From IMG/VR virus record IMGVR_UViG_3300000114_000007, positions 13 through 64,012 of that record: a DNA stretch of 64,000 nt. One strand, written 5' to 3'. How positions within the stretch are numbered: position 1 is the first letter of the stretch; the number at the start of each line of letters is the position of its first letter. The position numbers and the translations under genes were made by a program. Positions 11,401 through 21,072 of this stretch are shown in pieces. Origin of the DNA: a virus. Below the pieces are notes generated by a model that saw only the letters and a list, made by a program, of their open reading frames with translations, ran no database searches and was not told the DNA's origin.

Positions 11401-13601
11401 GCTTTAGTTCCGGTTTTGCCAGTCTTTTGGCCCTCTTCAATTTGTTCCAATGCCTTTTGCATGTCCCGATACATATCGCCAGATTCGGTGCCATTTTGAG
11501 CGTCTTTCCACGCTTCATACGCACTCGTAAGGGCCAACGTTTCCGCCGTTAACTCGGCTGTTGCGATCTGAGTGCTATTCAGATGGGTCGCCACTTCTTC
11601 TGCTGTCAGTCCAACACCTTCAATGGCATCGTTGAATTCAGTATAAGACTTAATAGCTTCTGGAGTTAATTCCCCTTCTTCTTTAAGTCTTGCCAGAGCA
11701 TTAGACGTGTTTTCAAAACCATCAGAACTAAAAATCTCATCGAGTTTAATTTTTCTATATTGATCTGGAGAAGATATTTTTAAGATTATATTATCAAGGT
11801 CTTGGGCCATTTTATAAAATTCATTGAATGCTTTTTCAGTTTCCGTAGTCGGATTTTCAATAAGTTTTAAATCACCGATGGTTTCACTAAACTCTTTTTG
11901 CTTTTCAAGCAAATATTTATAGATTTCTTCATATTCCTGAGCATCTTTTTTGAGTTGTCTCAACTCTCGGTTTTCTTCTGGAGTTGCTGTTTTGTTTTGA
12001 TTTTTAATTTCAAGCTCGGCGATTCTTGTTCTGATTTCAACCATTTTATTGCCAAGTTCTTCATATCTTTGAACCTGTTGTGCAAGATAATCATTCTCTG
12101 TAGCTAATCCACCAGAAAGCTCGTTTCCTTCGACATTGAAGAGAGCGCTAAACCATCCTGCATTGCCAAAGTTTCCCGTTAATGTGGAAATAACATCATT
12201 GACGCCATCCCAAAAATTAGCACCGGCTATTTGACCATTTCTGTAAACAAGACCCCAATCAGCCTTCTCTAAATCTTTTTCAAAAACTTTAGTAGCCGCA
12301 CTGCGCTCTTCTTCTTGGGCGTGTTCTTTTTGTAGTCTTAATAATTCAATCTGTTTTTCGAGTTCTATATTTGCTGCCTGTAAGTTAGCAAGCTCATCTT
12401 TCTCAACAAATGTTATTTTACCACTAGCTTGTAATTCTTGCAACTCTTTAATACGACTGTTTGCAGAATCAAATTGTCCTTCTGCTTCTGACAAAGAACT
12501 TGAAAGGTCACTATATTTTTGTCTTATATCAGAAAGTATTTCTTTTTGTTCTTTAAGAGTAACGTTAAAATAGTCAACCGCTTTAACGATACCATAAACA
12601 GCAGCAGCAGCAATAGTGACCATGCCCATTGGGGAAGCAAGCCATGCCGCCGCCTGAGCCAAAAGCCCGGTTGTCACAGCCTTTATAGAACCAAGCAAAC
12701 CTAGATTAGCACCTGTTTGAATTACTGAAGCACCAGCGTTTCCTTTTTTTGCAACAGTATTCATTATTTCTGCCGCTGTTGCCGCCGCCTTTTCTTCTGT
12801 TAGTCCCTTTGCCATAAGAACTTCTACCAATTGTGCCTCAGTTAATGCCTTTGTTCCAAGCTTTAACTGGTTTTGAACGAGAAAGCTCTTTGTATGCGCC
12901 ATGTTTAACTTTTCTGTTGCTAAGGCAATATTTTCTATACCACTGATTGCCCCTCCGGCGGCACTTTTCATCATATTCAATGAATTACCGTAGTTCATTA
13001 AATTCTTCGGCATCTGCCCAATGTCTTTAAAAAATCCAAGAAATCCTTGCCCCATATTTGAGGCAGATAATGCTTTTATGGCCGCTCCCAACGACAGCAC
13101 AGTAACAGTAAGAGTGGTCAATTCTCCTATCACCGGAGTGGTAGTAATATCAGCAAATACACTTAAAATTCCATTGCCAATATCAAGAAATCCCTTTATA
13201 CCTTCTGTATCTACGGCACCGGCAATAAATTTCGTCCACGTATTGGACAGGACATTCATTTTACCTTCCCATGACTCAAGATCCTTCTGGGCTTCACGAG
13301 CTGCGGATCCCGTTCCCTCTGAAAAGTCAACCATTGCTTTTTCATAGAGGTTCCAGTTTTGTACCATGGCAGCAAGGATGTCGGCTTGTCTTTTTGAACC
13401 AACATCTTCAAGGATTATTGCTAATTTTTCGGCACTGATTTCACCTGCTTCAAATTTTGCCGCCAATTCTCCAAGAACTGCGGAAGGGGCTTTGAGTTCT
13501 ACTAGACCGTTTTTAATTTCTCTGGTAGCTATTCCTACACCGGCAAGAGCCGCTTCAGCTTTACCAAAGCTTTCAGAATCCAATATTCCGTCTTCTGTTT
13601 C
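8493..13601 (-). CDS. Tail tape measure protein, exon 2 (C-terminal LysM domain)
   Basis: ~1700 aa of coiled coil; ELGRELVV motif; LysM TIKSGDTLTALAKKYKTTVDNLLKLNP; frame is open back to GAA at 13601 after the intron's terminal G. Confidence 0.9.
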   Translation of the reverse strand, partial: ETEDGILDSESFGKAEAALAGVGIATREIKNGLVELKAPSAVLGELAAKFEAGEISAEKLAIILEDVGSKRQADILAAMVQNWNLYEKAMVDFSEGTGSAAREAQKDLESWEGKMNVLSNTWTKFIAGAVDTEGIKGFLDIGNGILSVFADITTTPVIGELTTLTVTVLSLGAAIKALSASNMGQGFLGFFKDIGQMPKNLMNYGNSLNMMKSAAGGAISGIENIALATEKLNMAHTKSFLVQNQLKLGTKALTEAQLVEVLMAKGLTEEKAAATAAEIMNTVAKKGNAGASVIQTGANLGLLGSIKAVTTGLLAQAAAWLASPMGMVTIAAAAVYGIVKAVDYFNVTLKEQKEILSDIRQKYSDLSSSLSEAEGQFDSANSRIKELQELQASGKITFVEKDELANLQAANIELEKQIELLRLQKEHAQEEERSAATKVFEKDLEKADWGLVYRNGQIAGANFWDGVNDVISTLTGNFGNAGWFSALFNVEGNELSGGLATENDYLAQQVQRYEELGNKMVEIRTRIAELEIKNQNKTATPEENRELRQLKKDAQEYEEIYKYLLEKQKEFSETIGDLKLIENPTTETEKAFNEFYKMAQDLDNIILKISSPDQYRKIKLDEIFSSDGFENTSNALARLKEEGELTPEAIKSYTEFNDAIEGVGLTAEEVATHLNSTQIATAELTAETLALTSAYEAWKDAQNGTESGDMYRDMQKALEQIEEGQKTGKTGTKAYEASVDLVFSDPEGNVKEQLDLVKRYLKDGEQGLTNFYNDLVKEGMAIDNGDFIEILPDVSLDDVAKKLGLGPELLQALSGALEEYDWDIPWSEQEFEILINEKGLDIVGKRIAETQAEIDKLTEKKEIGVDFTTSDQTALDKASAKLTQLQDQESSLKDAKVSIDASVEGDTKTQLQEISGELDGIGTKTDGLVAKKMGDFGAQSVTVPHLQSVFNKLITIDNFKFKPKTLTVTQVTTSSGKAPVPPLHGTGFADGTSGAPGGKTLVGELGRELVVSDGRYYTVGDSGAEFVNLKKGDIVFNHVDTEKILAGYTANRGQALAQGTAMAYGGAKIPGTSGSGSGSSGSGSSSSKSSSSSNSKSSAKKDTDAWLDAYKKAYDELRHLREMDKINDEQYYKKLTELDKKYFGTNQKYSSEHKKNLEELWDLQRKIYDKQISDIEHKIKMLSYEENSEKKQIAQYEKAQKQILVTLKKYRDMGLKEDHEYIQKLKEEYEDYAKKVIELNKKISDNKLADFEHDSDILSNFEGTEKQQIKLYEKAQKEILAQMKKYRDMGLSEDHEYLKDLEKQYWDYVNKIKAANKVIYEQKKSDYEMALSYINKTVDAQIKALEDEKKALQKKNDETDRAIELQKLQDNMANARQRTMRVYYEDTGWTWEEDRAAVEEAQKALDDFNNQEIIRKIDDQIDSWNDYKDSWGGLADEYELAQEKLIAEQILGKDIEADILNQRTTKINKFKNDYINILKEIAEAEKKEDLADKKITEKKLDPYDLKAIGDSLKNKLLGETNTPVKETPKEKAPTAPTTQTITIKSGDTLTALAKKYKTTVDNLLKLNPYITDKNKISAGKKLVVPKLAIGTNYVPASGLYNVDELGEELIVRKPDSGRFTYLEKGDGVVPGGLTKRLMEFASAKNPFANLLNNLTTRSVQSVNNVSNDKSEVHVHIHGNISLPSVKSGKDFVEEMKLLAQNR

Positions 13602-15138
13602 CCTTTATCTTTGCTGAGTTCGCAACACTCAACTTGCATTAATCTCATATAAATTACTGTTAATTTTTTCTTGATATGTATTATCATTCACTTCCCAATA
13701 TGGGATACGCAACAGCTTTATATTATTTTTTATACAATAGTTATCTTTAATTGAATCACGATGTTTTTGATTTTTTAGATTCTCTGTTTTTCCTAAATAT
13801 CCTCTGTAATGTGGCTCCCCATCCACCTCAATTAAAAAGAAGATGTTGTTTTTTGACACCATAAAATCAAATGGTAAAGGCCTCTTATTAACGCAATCAA
13901 TAAACTTTACTTGTTTTTTATAAGAAATATTCATTTCTTTCAAGTAGCATTCAACGGCATATTCATACCTTGACTGACTTTTCGAACACTTCTTACATCG
14001 AACGACTTTTCTTCCACAAAAATGAGACCATGTTGTTTCATATATTTCACCACAAGGACACTGAAAACTTAATAAACGATTATTTCCATTGAATGATTCA
14101 CTCAATATTTTACACGGAAGATTGTTGATAATTATGTAATTCTTGATATTATAAATTGTGTATGAGTTATGTTTACTAAATAAATGTGAAAGTTGTCCAC
14201 GTCTCAATTGATCAAAAGAAATAAGAAACATATAATTATCATTGTCTTTACACAGTAATTTTTGAAAGCAATTTGTATATTCATTAAATAATGGAGTTAA
14301 ATTGCGGCTCACAAAATACTCGCGAACATAATTAATATTAAAATTACGTTTCTCTTTTCCAGACAAAGACATACAATTATTACAAGCACATTTTCCGCCT
14401 TGTATTTGCATTGGTAAACAATAAAAAGTACAACCGCAAGAGCATATGAATTTTAATTTTTCATCTGAATTTTTATATTCATTTGAAATAAGAGTTAATT
14501 CTATGTTATTTTTAGATAGATACAGTTTAATATTTTCTATCGTAAATTTATTGCACTTGTCAAATTTTCGTGGCCTTTTGCCACTTTTTAAATAGTCTAT
14601 TGAAGATTGATATTTATAGCCATCGTGATCCACCAAATCAATTTTATCTTTGACATTATGGTATTCAGAAATTAATCCATATCCTATTGAACCAATAAAA
14701 TTCACGGCATATTCTTTACTATATTTTGGTATTATGACACCACCTTTTCTATGTTTGTTTTTAGATTAATGCAACTCATGTTTTCACATGAGAGTAGACT
14801 ATTTCTTCACCTTCAGCATTACCTGTTAAGGGCAGACCTTTTCCATTTAAGGGGTTTTCACCCACGCCGTTTGCGATTGCGCCGTACTTCTATTGCGGAA
14901 TTTCACCGCCAAAGGAATAGTCGTTGAACCGTTTTCTGTTCGAAACTTGGCTGCATGATCTAGGCTTTTTAACAACATTTAGATTTTTCAACCATGTGTC
15001 ATCTCTCAACTTTTTTCTACTTTCGTTCCGTCACGCTTAGGTTTGTTTCATCCTTACGTTGTGGCATGAGAGCCTTAACCCTTTACCTGCAATTAGATCT
15101 GTTATTTATGCACATTTCTGTACACACGGGCAAAATTT
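13602..15138 (-). mobile_element. Group I intron in tape measure gene
   Basis: 5' exon ends AAGGGU with P1 partner GCCC (U.G pair); P-like AATTGCAGGTAAA, Q-like GATCATGCAGC, R TCAACGACTA, S AAGAAATAGTCTA; ends in G; splicing restores the frame IRSIKG|ETEDGILD. Confidence 0.9.
13629..14705 (-). CDS. Intron-encoded homing endonuclease (Vsr-like/EDxHD type, Cys-rich repeats)
   Basis: C-terminal PFDF...IEVDGEPH...RDSIKDNYC...LLRIPYW; repeated CxCG/CxxC units; lies 3' of the intron core. Confidence 0.8.
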   Translation of the reverse strand: MNFIGSIGYGLISEYHNVKDKIDLVDHDGYKYQSSIDYLKSGKRPRKFDKCNKFTIENIKLYLSKNNIELTLISNEYKNSDEKLKFICSCGCTFYCLPMQIQGGKCACNNCMSLSGKEKRNFNINYVREYFVSRNLTPLFNEYTNCFQKLLCKDNDNYMFLISFDQLRRGQLSHLFSKHNSYTIYNIKNYIIINNLPCKILSESFNGNNRLLSFQCPCGEIYETTWSHFCGRKVVRCKKCSKSQSRYEYAVECYLKEMNISYKKQVKFIDCVNKRPLPFDFMVSKNNIFFLIEVDGEPHYRGYLGKTENLKNQKHRDSIKDNYCIKNNIKLLRIPYWEVNDNTYQEKINSNLYEINAS

Positions 15139-16362
15139 ACCCTTTATTGACCTTATGTTCATTGAGAGCGTTCTGAGGGCACGCCCGACTTCCTCTCCGG
15201 GTTTAGTGGTTGATGCAACACCGGCAGTAATAAGAGCCGACATGGTTTGTGCCGACTCGCCAGCAATTGACGCAGTGTTAGCGTAATTCTGTGTGGCTGT
15301 AGCCATTTCTGTCATATTTATCGCATTGCGATTTGAAATTTGGTTCTGGCCGTCGAGAATTTCTGTTAATTTACCGGCATCATTACCTAATTGGAACGCA
15401 GCATTCGTAGCAACCAAGTATTTTGAGGCTAAATCAGCGGTCATATCACCAGCAGATTGGGCCATCAACGAGACTCCTGCAAGCTCTTCATAATTACTTG
15501 CCCCAGCCTGAGCAAAAGTCTTAGTTGCCTCTAAATAATCAGTAGCAGTTCGACCCCAAATACTAGCAGATTCCAATGCATCTATTGAAGCTTGTTTAAA
15601 TCCCGCCCGTGTTAAATCTGTTACTTTTGAAATTTCTGTAAGCTTACTATCTATATCTTTTAAGTCGCCAAACGCATCTCTGAGAGCTTTGGTGACAGTT
15701 CCAATTAGCAACACGTTAACCAAATAGCTACTCAAGCGCGAGAAGGTCTCCTGCACCCGATCTCCAAATGACTTCATATTATTACCAGAAATAGCAATAT
15801 TATTAGCCATTAGCTGCCACTGCCGACTTACTTCTTGCATCTTTTGCGGATCTCCGCCAACATTTTTAAGATTGGCTTCTATCTGCTTAACTTGAGACAT
15901 GACTTCTGGATCAGTGAGCATTTTGCTCCAACTAACTTTTGCCCGGTCAATACGACTTTGCAAAATCTCAGCCTGTTGGTTAACTTTTTTAACAGAAGCC
16001 TCCTGTTGTACTGATTGTTGTGTAGACTGCTGTTGTGCTGCCGCCACACTGTTATATGAAGCACTCTGTTGTTTGACAGCAACAGCTATATTCCTTTCCG
16101 TGTCTAGTTGCTTTTGAGCATTTTGTAGTCCCGCGCTATTGACGGGAACACCAACAGAACCCATACCTCCCGTTTTTGAAGCTATTGCCTGTAAATCCAT
16201 CAACTGTTTCTTAACAGCTTCGATTTTAGATTGATCAATAATAACGTCTAATTTTATCGGATATTTATTTGACAACGCCTGTATATCGGCCATTAAAGCA
16301 CTGCCATTACCACCAACACTTGCTAGTCTTGGTTTTAGTAAAAGTTCATATTCTCCAGCCAT
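15139..16362 (-). CDS. Tail tape measure protein, exon 1
   Basis: IDSKLTEISKVTD, FAQAG, GEEVGRALRTL tape-measure motifs; GAGGTG RBS. Confidence 0.9.
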
Positions 16363-16388
16363 TCAACCACCTCTCTTCATTTTAAAGT

Positions 16389-16416
16389 AAAAAAAAGAGA
16401 GGGCATCCCTCTCTTG
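16389..16416 (-). terminator. Intrinsic terminator-like hairpin upstream of tape measure gene
   Basis: AAGAGAGGG-ATG-CCCTCTCTT running into a long T tract on the minus strand. Confidence 0.7.
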
Positions 16417-16431
16417 AAAAATCTTTTGTTT

Positions 16432-16935
16432 CTAACCATTAAATTCAATATCTATATGTTTAAATTTATCATTATTCTTAGCATCGCCAATTGCAAGCTC
16501 TACAAAGTTAAATCCTCCATAATAACCAAACCGATATGTATCTTTATGATTTCCACTTGAAACAGCCCAGCCCTCGTTAATTAATGCCGGTTTATATCCT
16601 GCTCCTTGCCCAAAAACAGACTCTCCATATGATTGGCCGGGATTAAAATATACTTTTGCACTATCAAGAGAAGTCATTTCAACCAGAACAGAATTTAAAA
16701 GCCCACCAGTTCGGCCATACATAACCGGAGAATAACTACTATAATAATTCGCAATACGCTGTGTTAAAAAATCTTTTAACGCATTTGCGGCATCCTGTAA
16801 TTCCTTTTCTCTGGTTGCAGAATAACTCAGTCCGTCCTTACCTCTTAAGGAGTTCATAATTGACGTATCTCCTTGACGAATTCTAGACTGAACATCTGCA
16901 ACCAATTCTGCTAAACCATGTATTTGTTTAGCCAT
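16432..16935 (-). CDS. Putative tail completion/neck protein
   Basis: YSPVMYGRTGGLLNS motif resembling HK97 gp10-like proteins; position before tape measure gene. Confidence 0.55.
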   Translation of the reverse strand: MAKQIHGLAELVADVQSRIRQGDTSIMNSLRGKDGLSYSATREKELQDAANALKDFLTQRIANYYSSYSPVMYGRTGGLLNSVLVEMTSLDSAKVYFNPGQSYGESVFGQGAGYKPALINEGWAVSSGNHKDTYRFGYYGGFNFVELAIGDAKNNDKFKHIDIEFNG

Positions 16936-16948
16936 TTATTTCACCAAC

Positions 16949-17248
16949 CTATCCACCAAGAATTCTTGTAAAAAGAAATGTAATGGCACCCCCCATAAGA
17001 GCGGCAATGAGAATGTCAACAACCTTGTTCCATCTATTCTTAGGAACCTGTTCTAATTTACCAACCTTAAAATCAATATCATTCATTTTTCGTGTCATGG
17101 TTTTTTGTTCGTTTGCCATTACTGCAACAGATGTGGCTATACTTGTCAATGCCTCTTGTTGCTCTTCCAATTTTTCTATTCTATGTGTATTAGATTTACT
17201 GCGCGAATCTACCTCGGTAAGCTTTATAATAATTTCCGAATCCATCAC
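16949..17248 (-). CDS. XhlA/hemolysin-like holin-type membrane protein
   Basis: RSKSNTHRIEKLE coiled coil plus single C-terminal TM helix. Confidence 0.7.
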   Translation of the reverse strand: MMDSEIIIKLTEVDSRSKSNTHRIEKLEEQQEALTSIATSVAVMANEQKTMTRKMNDIDFKVGKLEQVPKNRWNKVVDILIAALMGGAITFLFTRILGG

Positions 17249-17364
17249 ACAACCACCTTCCCATTATTAGCAATCATTTCTGCCACTTGCTCTTTCCAAA
17301 GAACAGGAACTTGTTCCAATGTTTTTAGTTCCCTTACAATTAAATCGTAAAATAATTTTGCCAT
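17245..17364 (-). CDS. Small CD1375-like protein (39 aa, not in ORF track)
   Basis: MAKLFYDLIVRELKTLEQVPVLWKEQVAEM after GGAGGAG RBS. Confidence 0.7.
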   Translation of the reverse strand: MAKLFYDLIVRELKTLEQVPVLWKEQVAEMIANNGKVVV

Positions 17365-17366
17365 AC

Positions 17367-17663
17367 TTACGCTCCTCCCATAAACAATTCAGCAAGTTCC
17401 GCAACAGCTAAACGGAGGTCGTCAAGCGGGTTACGGATCGGCATCGGTCCTTTTGGAATATATGCCCCGTCAAACACAAATTTACCGTCTTGATACCGAT
17501 AAGATGTAATAATTGACCGATCTAAAGAATCATAGATTTCCTTCGTAACTTCAATCATTTGGAATTTTGAACCAGAGATATTAATTGCCTTCGAGCGAAC
17601 ACATCCATTTTCATCTACCAATATAAAATAATTATTCATTAAACACTCCTTATTTTTCGCCAA
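17367..17663 (-). CDS. Tail fibre chaperone-like small protein
   Basis: YRYQDGKFV and C-terminal LRLAVAELAEL, typical of the gene preceding CD1375-like ORFs; start probably ATG 17639. Confidence 0.6.
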   Translation of the reverse strand: MAKNKECLMNNYFILVDENGCVRSKAINISGSKFQMIEVTKEIYDSLDRSIITSYRYQDGKFVFDGAYIPKGPMPIRNPLDDLRLAVAELAELFMGGA

Positions 17664-20355
17664 TTATTTGAGTGATGACTATTTCATTAAAATAATATGA
17701 TTCTATTTTTCCAGAATATATATTACTAAAAGTTTCCCCACTCGCACTCATTGACGCAAGAAAACTAACTTCTATAGAATCATAAGTTCCATGAACGAGA
17801 TAACGAATACTCCCACTAATTCGAATATCATCCGGATCTAAAGCAATCGTATTTAATCCATATGGGAAAACTGGAATTATACCCTCATTTGTAAATATAT
17901 ATAAAACACGATAATCCATAGCACTATCACTCAAAGTAATCGTTTCATCGTTCCCCCCATAAATTTCTCCCGTCCACAAAGTGACATATTGTGGGGAACT
18001 AGGACCACCTCCTCCGCCAGTAATTCCACTTATAGCATTGTTCATTTGTTGGAGATTTACTGCCATGTTATTAGATATTGCAGCAGCAACTTGTAACTGT
18101 CCACCTGATCCCCATCTTGGAATATTGCCATTTGCCGGAACAGAAGAGACATCTATCATGGCTTGTGTGCCATTTGTATCTTTAACATATGCTTGCGGAT
18201 TAGATGTTGTAACAGTTGCTTTATCTAATTTATTTGAAATATTTCCTATATCGCTCAATACACCACTACTGACGGACACAACTGGATTCAACGTGTCTGT
18301 GGTGTTAATGCTTATTCCAGATCCTTGTCCTACACTCTGGATTCCACTAGATCCACCGCCTGAAAGCCCATCCACAGTTTGTTTTAGTGTGTTAAACTCT
18401 GCACTTGTCGGTGCTCCTATTTGAGCAACGGTTATGTCCTGCGTTCCATCAAAGGCGGCGCTTCCTATATTTCTAGGGGTCGCTAATTTTGTTGCTGCAA
18501 TTGCCGTTCCCGTGGAAGATAAAGCTCCTATATCTGTAACTGTCGGCATTTGAGCTAATTTTCCAGTGGAGTTAAGTGTAGCTATACCGTTGCTGACTCC
18601 CTTTTCTGTCACAGAAATTGCACCAACATCGGTAGCAGATAATGCTCCCCATGATACGCTCCCTGCCGATGCACCCGCTCTTAAAACTTTACCATTATTT
18701 ACTGCTCCTGTTGCTGGCACATGAAGATTGCCGTCCCCTGTTGGATGTGTATAATTATTCGCACCTGTCTCAATCCCCGTTAATTTTGTCTTTTCAGAAC
18801 TCGTGTAGTCTTCGCTTGATAAACCCTTTCCGGCAACTTTATCAACTTTATTAGCCAAATCATTTGAAGAAGCTGCACCAATCTGTGACAACGTGATTGA
18901 AGAGGTTCCATCGAAGGAGACATTTCCAATACTACAAGCAGTTTGTAGTTTCTCTGCGCTTATAGCAACACCCGAAGAAGAAAGAGCGCCAACATCTAAT
19001 GCGGTTAAATTCACATCTCCAATCTGTCCATTAACGCTGGTTACGGGAGAGTCGCCAGATCCGCCACCGGATCCTGAGCCGTCTGCACCTTTAGGAATTC
19101 CGAAATTTAAAACTACGTTTTGAGCAGTTCCAGAATTTGTTACTGTAGCATTGCTACCAGCACTTAGAGTTGTTGTTGTTCCTACCGCAACTGTAGCTGA
19201 TGTCCCCGTATCTCCTTTTGCGCCCATCATCCCCACGCTATAAGAAGTGCTAGTTGTGCTGTCAGAATAAGTAAGAACGGTGCGCGTCCACAGATATTGG
19301 CTTGCCGAAACGTTGGGAATCGTTGTTAACCACGTTCCTGTAGGAGTTATCGTTCCTGATACACTTGCCTGATAAGTAATTGTAGTTGACGTTATACCTT
19401 TCCCGCTTGGGCCGGGAAGCAATTCAATTTCGGCAATTCCGGCATCTGTGTATGTTTTTGCATCAGTCAACACGGAAGCATCTTTCATATCAACATACGC
19501 TTTGGTAACATCTCCGCCCCCACCAGAACCTCCGCCAGCGCCGATTAACGATTCTAAAACACTTAATTGGATCAAAATATCTTCAATAACAGTAGGATAT
19601 TTTTCCTCAATCGTCGTCTCGTCTATGTGTAGTCCCTCCGCAATATTTATCTCCGCAGGAACAGTTTGCCAGACGTACACTTGATCAAATTCATTTTTTC
19701 CCAGAAATTCTATAGCAAATTTAACTTTTCCTTGCTTCATAGTAACATTATCATCAAGCACCCAACCCAAAATTAGTTTTTCGTTAGAAACTTGAACATT
19801 TACCGCAATTGCTCTTCCCGTTCCCTTTTCTGCATTAGAATATTTAATGCTACAAGCTTTTTGAGATAGGTCAACTCCGTCATAATATCTATTTATTTCA
19901 AACGTCAAAAGTTGTGAAACATTATCTTTTGAGACAATAGCCTGTAAATTTGAGGGGACAGCAATCTTTTTATCTGTTATAATCATAGGAGCTTGATCAT
20001 CTGTCATTTCATATATTGGGTACTCATTACTAAACATCTCTGTAGAAAAATTCATAAGCATATTCATAGCCGCGCTTATATTCTCAACGGATTTGTTTAA
20101 TGTAACCTCATTAGTTGTATATAACTCTTCTCCGGTGTCTTCATCGAATACCTGTATGGATATTTTTAAATTTTCCATATCAATTCCATCGGGAATATTC
20201 CATACTAAATGATTATCCACCTTTTCCAGATCATAAGATATCCCATCATATATTATCTTATAATCTCTTTCTTTGTCATAGTAAAGTATTCTTATCGGAC
20301 TCTCACTTGGTTTATTCCCCTTTTTATAAAGCTTTGTACCACTTAACTTTAGCAT
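17650..20355 (-). CDS. Tail fibre/upper baseplate protein with BppU-like domain
   Basis: LTFEINRYYDGVDLS...VKFAIEF BppU-like block; YLWTRT, VTSVNGQIG, KVDKVAGKGLS and YTHP fibre modules. Confidence 0.8.
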   Translation of the reverse strand: MLKLSGTKLYKKGNKPSESPIRILYYDKERDYKIIYDGISYDLEKVDNHLVWNIPDGIDMENLKISIQVFDEDTGEELYTTNEVTLNKSVENISAAMNMLMNFSTEMFSNEYPIYEMTDDQAPMIITDKKIAVPSNLQAIVSKDNVSQLLTFEINRYYDGVDLSQKACSIKYSNAEKGTGRAIAVNVQVSNEKLILGWVLDDNVTMKQGKVKFAIEFLGKNEFDQVYVWQTVPAEINIAEGLHIDETTIEEKYPTVIEDILIQLSVLESLIGAGGGSGGGGDVTKAYVDMKDASVLTDAKTYTDAGIAEIELLPGPSGKGITSTTITYQASVSGTITPTGTWLTTIPNVSASQYLWTRTVLTYSDSTTSTSYSVGMMGAKGDTGTSATVAVGTTTTLSAGSNATVTNSGTAQNVVLNFGIPKGADGSGSGGGSGDSPVTSVNGQIGDVNLTALDVGALSSSGVAISAEKLQTACSIGNVSFDGTSSITLSQIGAASSNDLANKVDKVAGKGLSSEDYTSSEKTKLTGIETGANNYTHPTGDGNLHVPATGAVNNGKVLRAGASAGSVSWGALSATDVGAISVTEKGVSNGIATLNSTGKLAQMPTVTDIGALSSTGTAIAATKLATPRNIGSAAFDGTQDITVAQIGAPTSAEFNTLKQTVDGLSGGGSSGIQSVGQGSGISINTTDTLNPVVSVSSGVLSDIGNISNKLDKATVTTSNPQAYVKDTNGTQAMIDVSSVPANGNIPRWGSGGQLQVAAAISNNMAVNLQQMNNAISGITGGGGGPSSPQYVTLWTGEIYGGNDETITLSDSAMDYRVLYIFTNEGIIPVFPYGLNTIALDPDDIRISGSIRYLVHGTYDSIEVSFLASMSASGETFSNIYSGKIESYYFNEIVITQIIGEK

Positions 20356-21072
20356 TTAATCCTCCTCTTTTTTACTCGGCGGCGGCACCAAAGGAAGCAC
20401 TTTGTTTTTAGTATTATTTTCCGTGTTGTGGTTTTGAGAATCAACCATTGTCTTTTTTAACCCGTCAAGCCACTGGTTGATCTTTTTAGGCGTAAGAGAC
20501 TTGAAAAGTCTATTTCCATTCTTATCAAGTTGCTCGATGCCCACCTCAATTAATTCTAGGCCCTTGTGCATTACAGCACTAAATGATTCAATGGCCTCAT
20601 CTGTGGCAGAAGAAGATGCATACAGTGCAATCAGCTTTTGGTTTTTAAAATCAATTTCTTGTTTTATGCACATTTCAAGCTCAGAAATCGTATCACAAAA
20701 AACTTGATTTTTATCAAAATGCATTGGAGTTATTTGTTTTGCGTTTTCTATTAAATTCAATCCATTTACAAGAAGACAAAGCTTATCTATGTCAACCATA
20801 TCAGGACTATCTTTTTTGACGGGTATTGGCAAATCAGTGAACAGTTGAGCAAACGTTACAACAAAAGCAATTTTGCTATCAATAGGGGAGAAGCCTATAT
20901 TTTCAACATAAGAGTTTTCAACAACCCTATTAATAAACAATCTTTTTTCGGCTTCTGTAAGTACAGACTTTACATTAACCGAAAAATCTTTACCATATTT
21001 GATGTCAAATGAGTTGCCATATTCTACATCTGTTAGATATTTATTTATTTGCTCCAAGGTTATTTTTGACAT
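20356..21072 (-). CDS. Hypothetical protein, possible tail assembly chaperone
   Basis: 238-aa ORF with GAGGA RBS in tail operon. Confidence 0.5.
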   Translation of the reverse strand: MSKITLEQINKYLTDVEYGNSFDIKYGKDFSVNVKSVLTEAEKRLFINRVVENSYVENIGFSPIDSKIAFVVTFAQLFTDLPIPVKKDSPDMVDIDKLCLLVNGLNLIENAKQITPMHFDKNQVFCDTISELEMCIKQEIDFKNQKLIALYASSSATDEAIESFSAVMHKGLELIEVGIEQLDKNGNRLFKSLTPKKINQWLDGLKKTMVDSQNHNTENNTKNKVLPLVPPPSKKEED

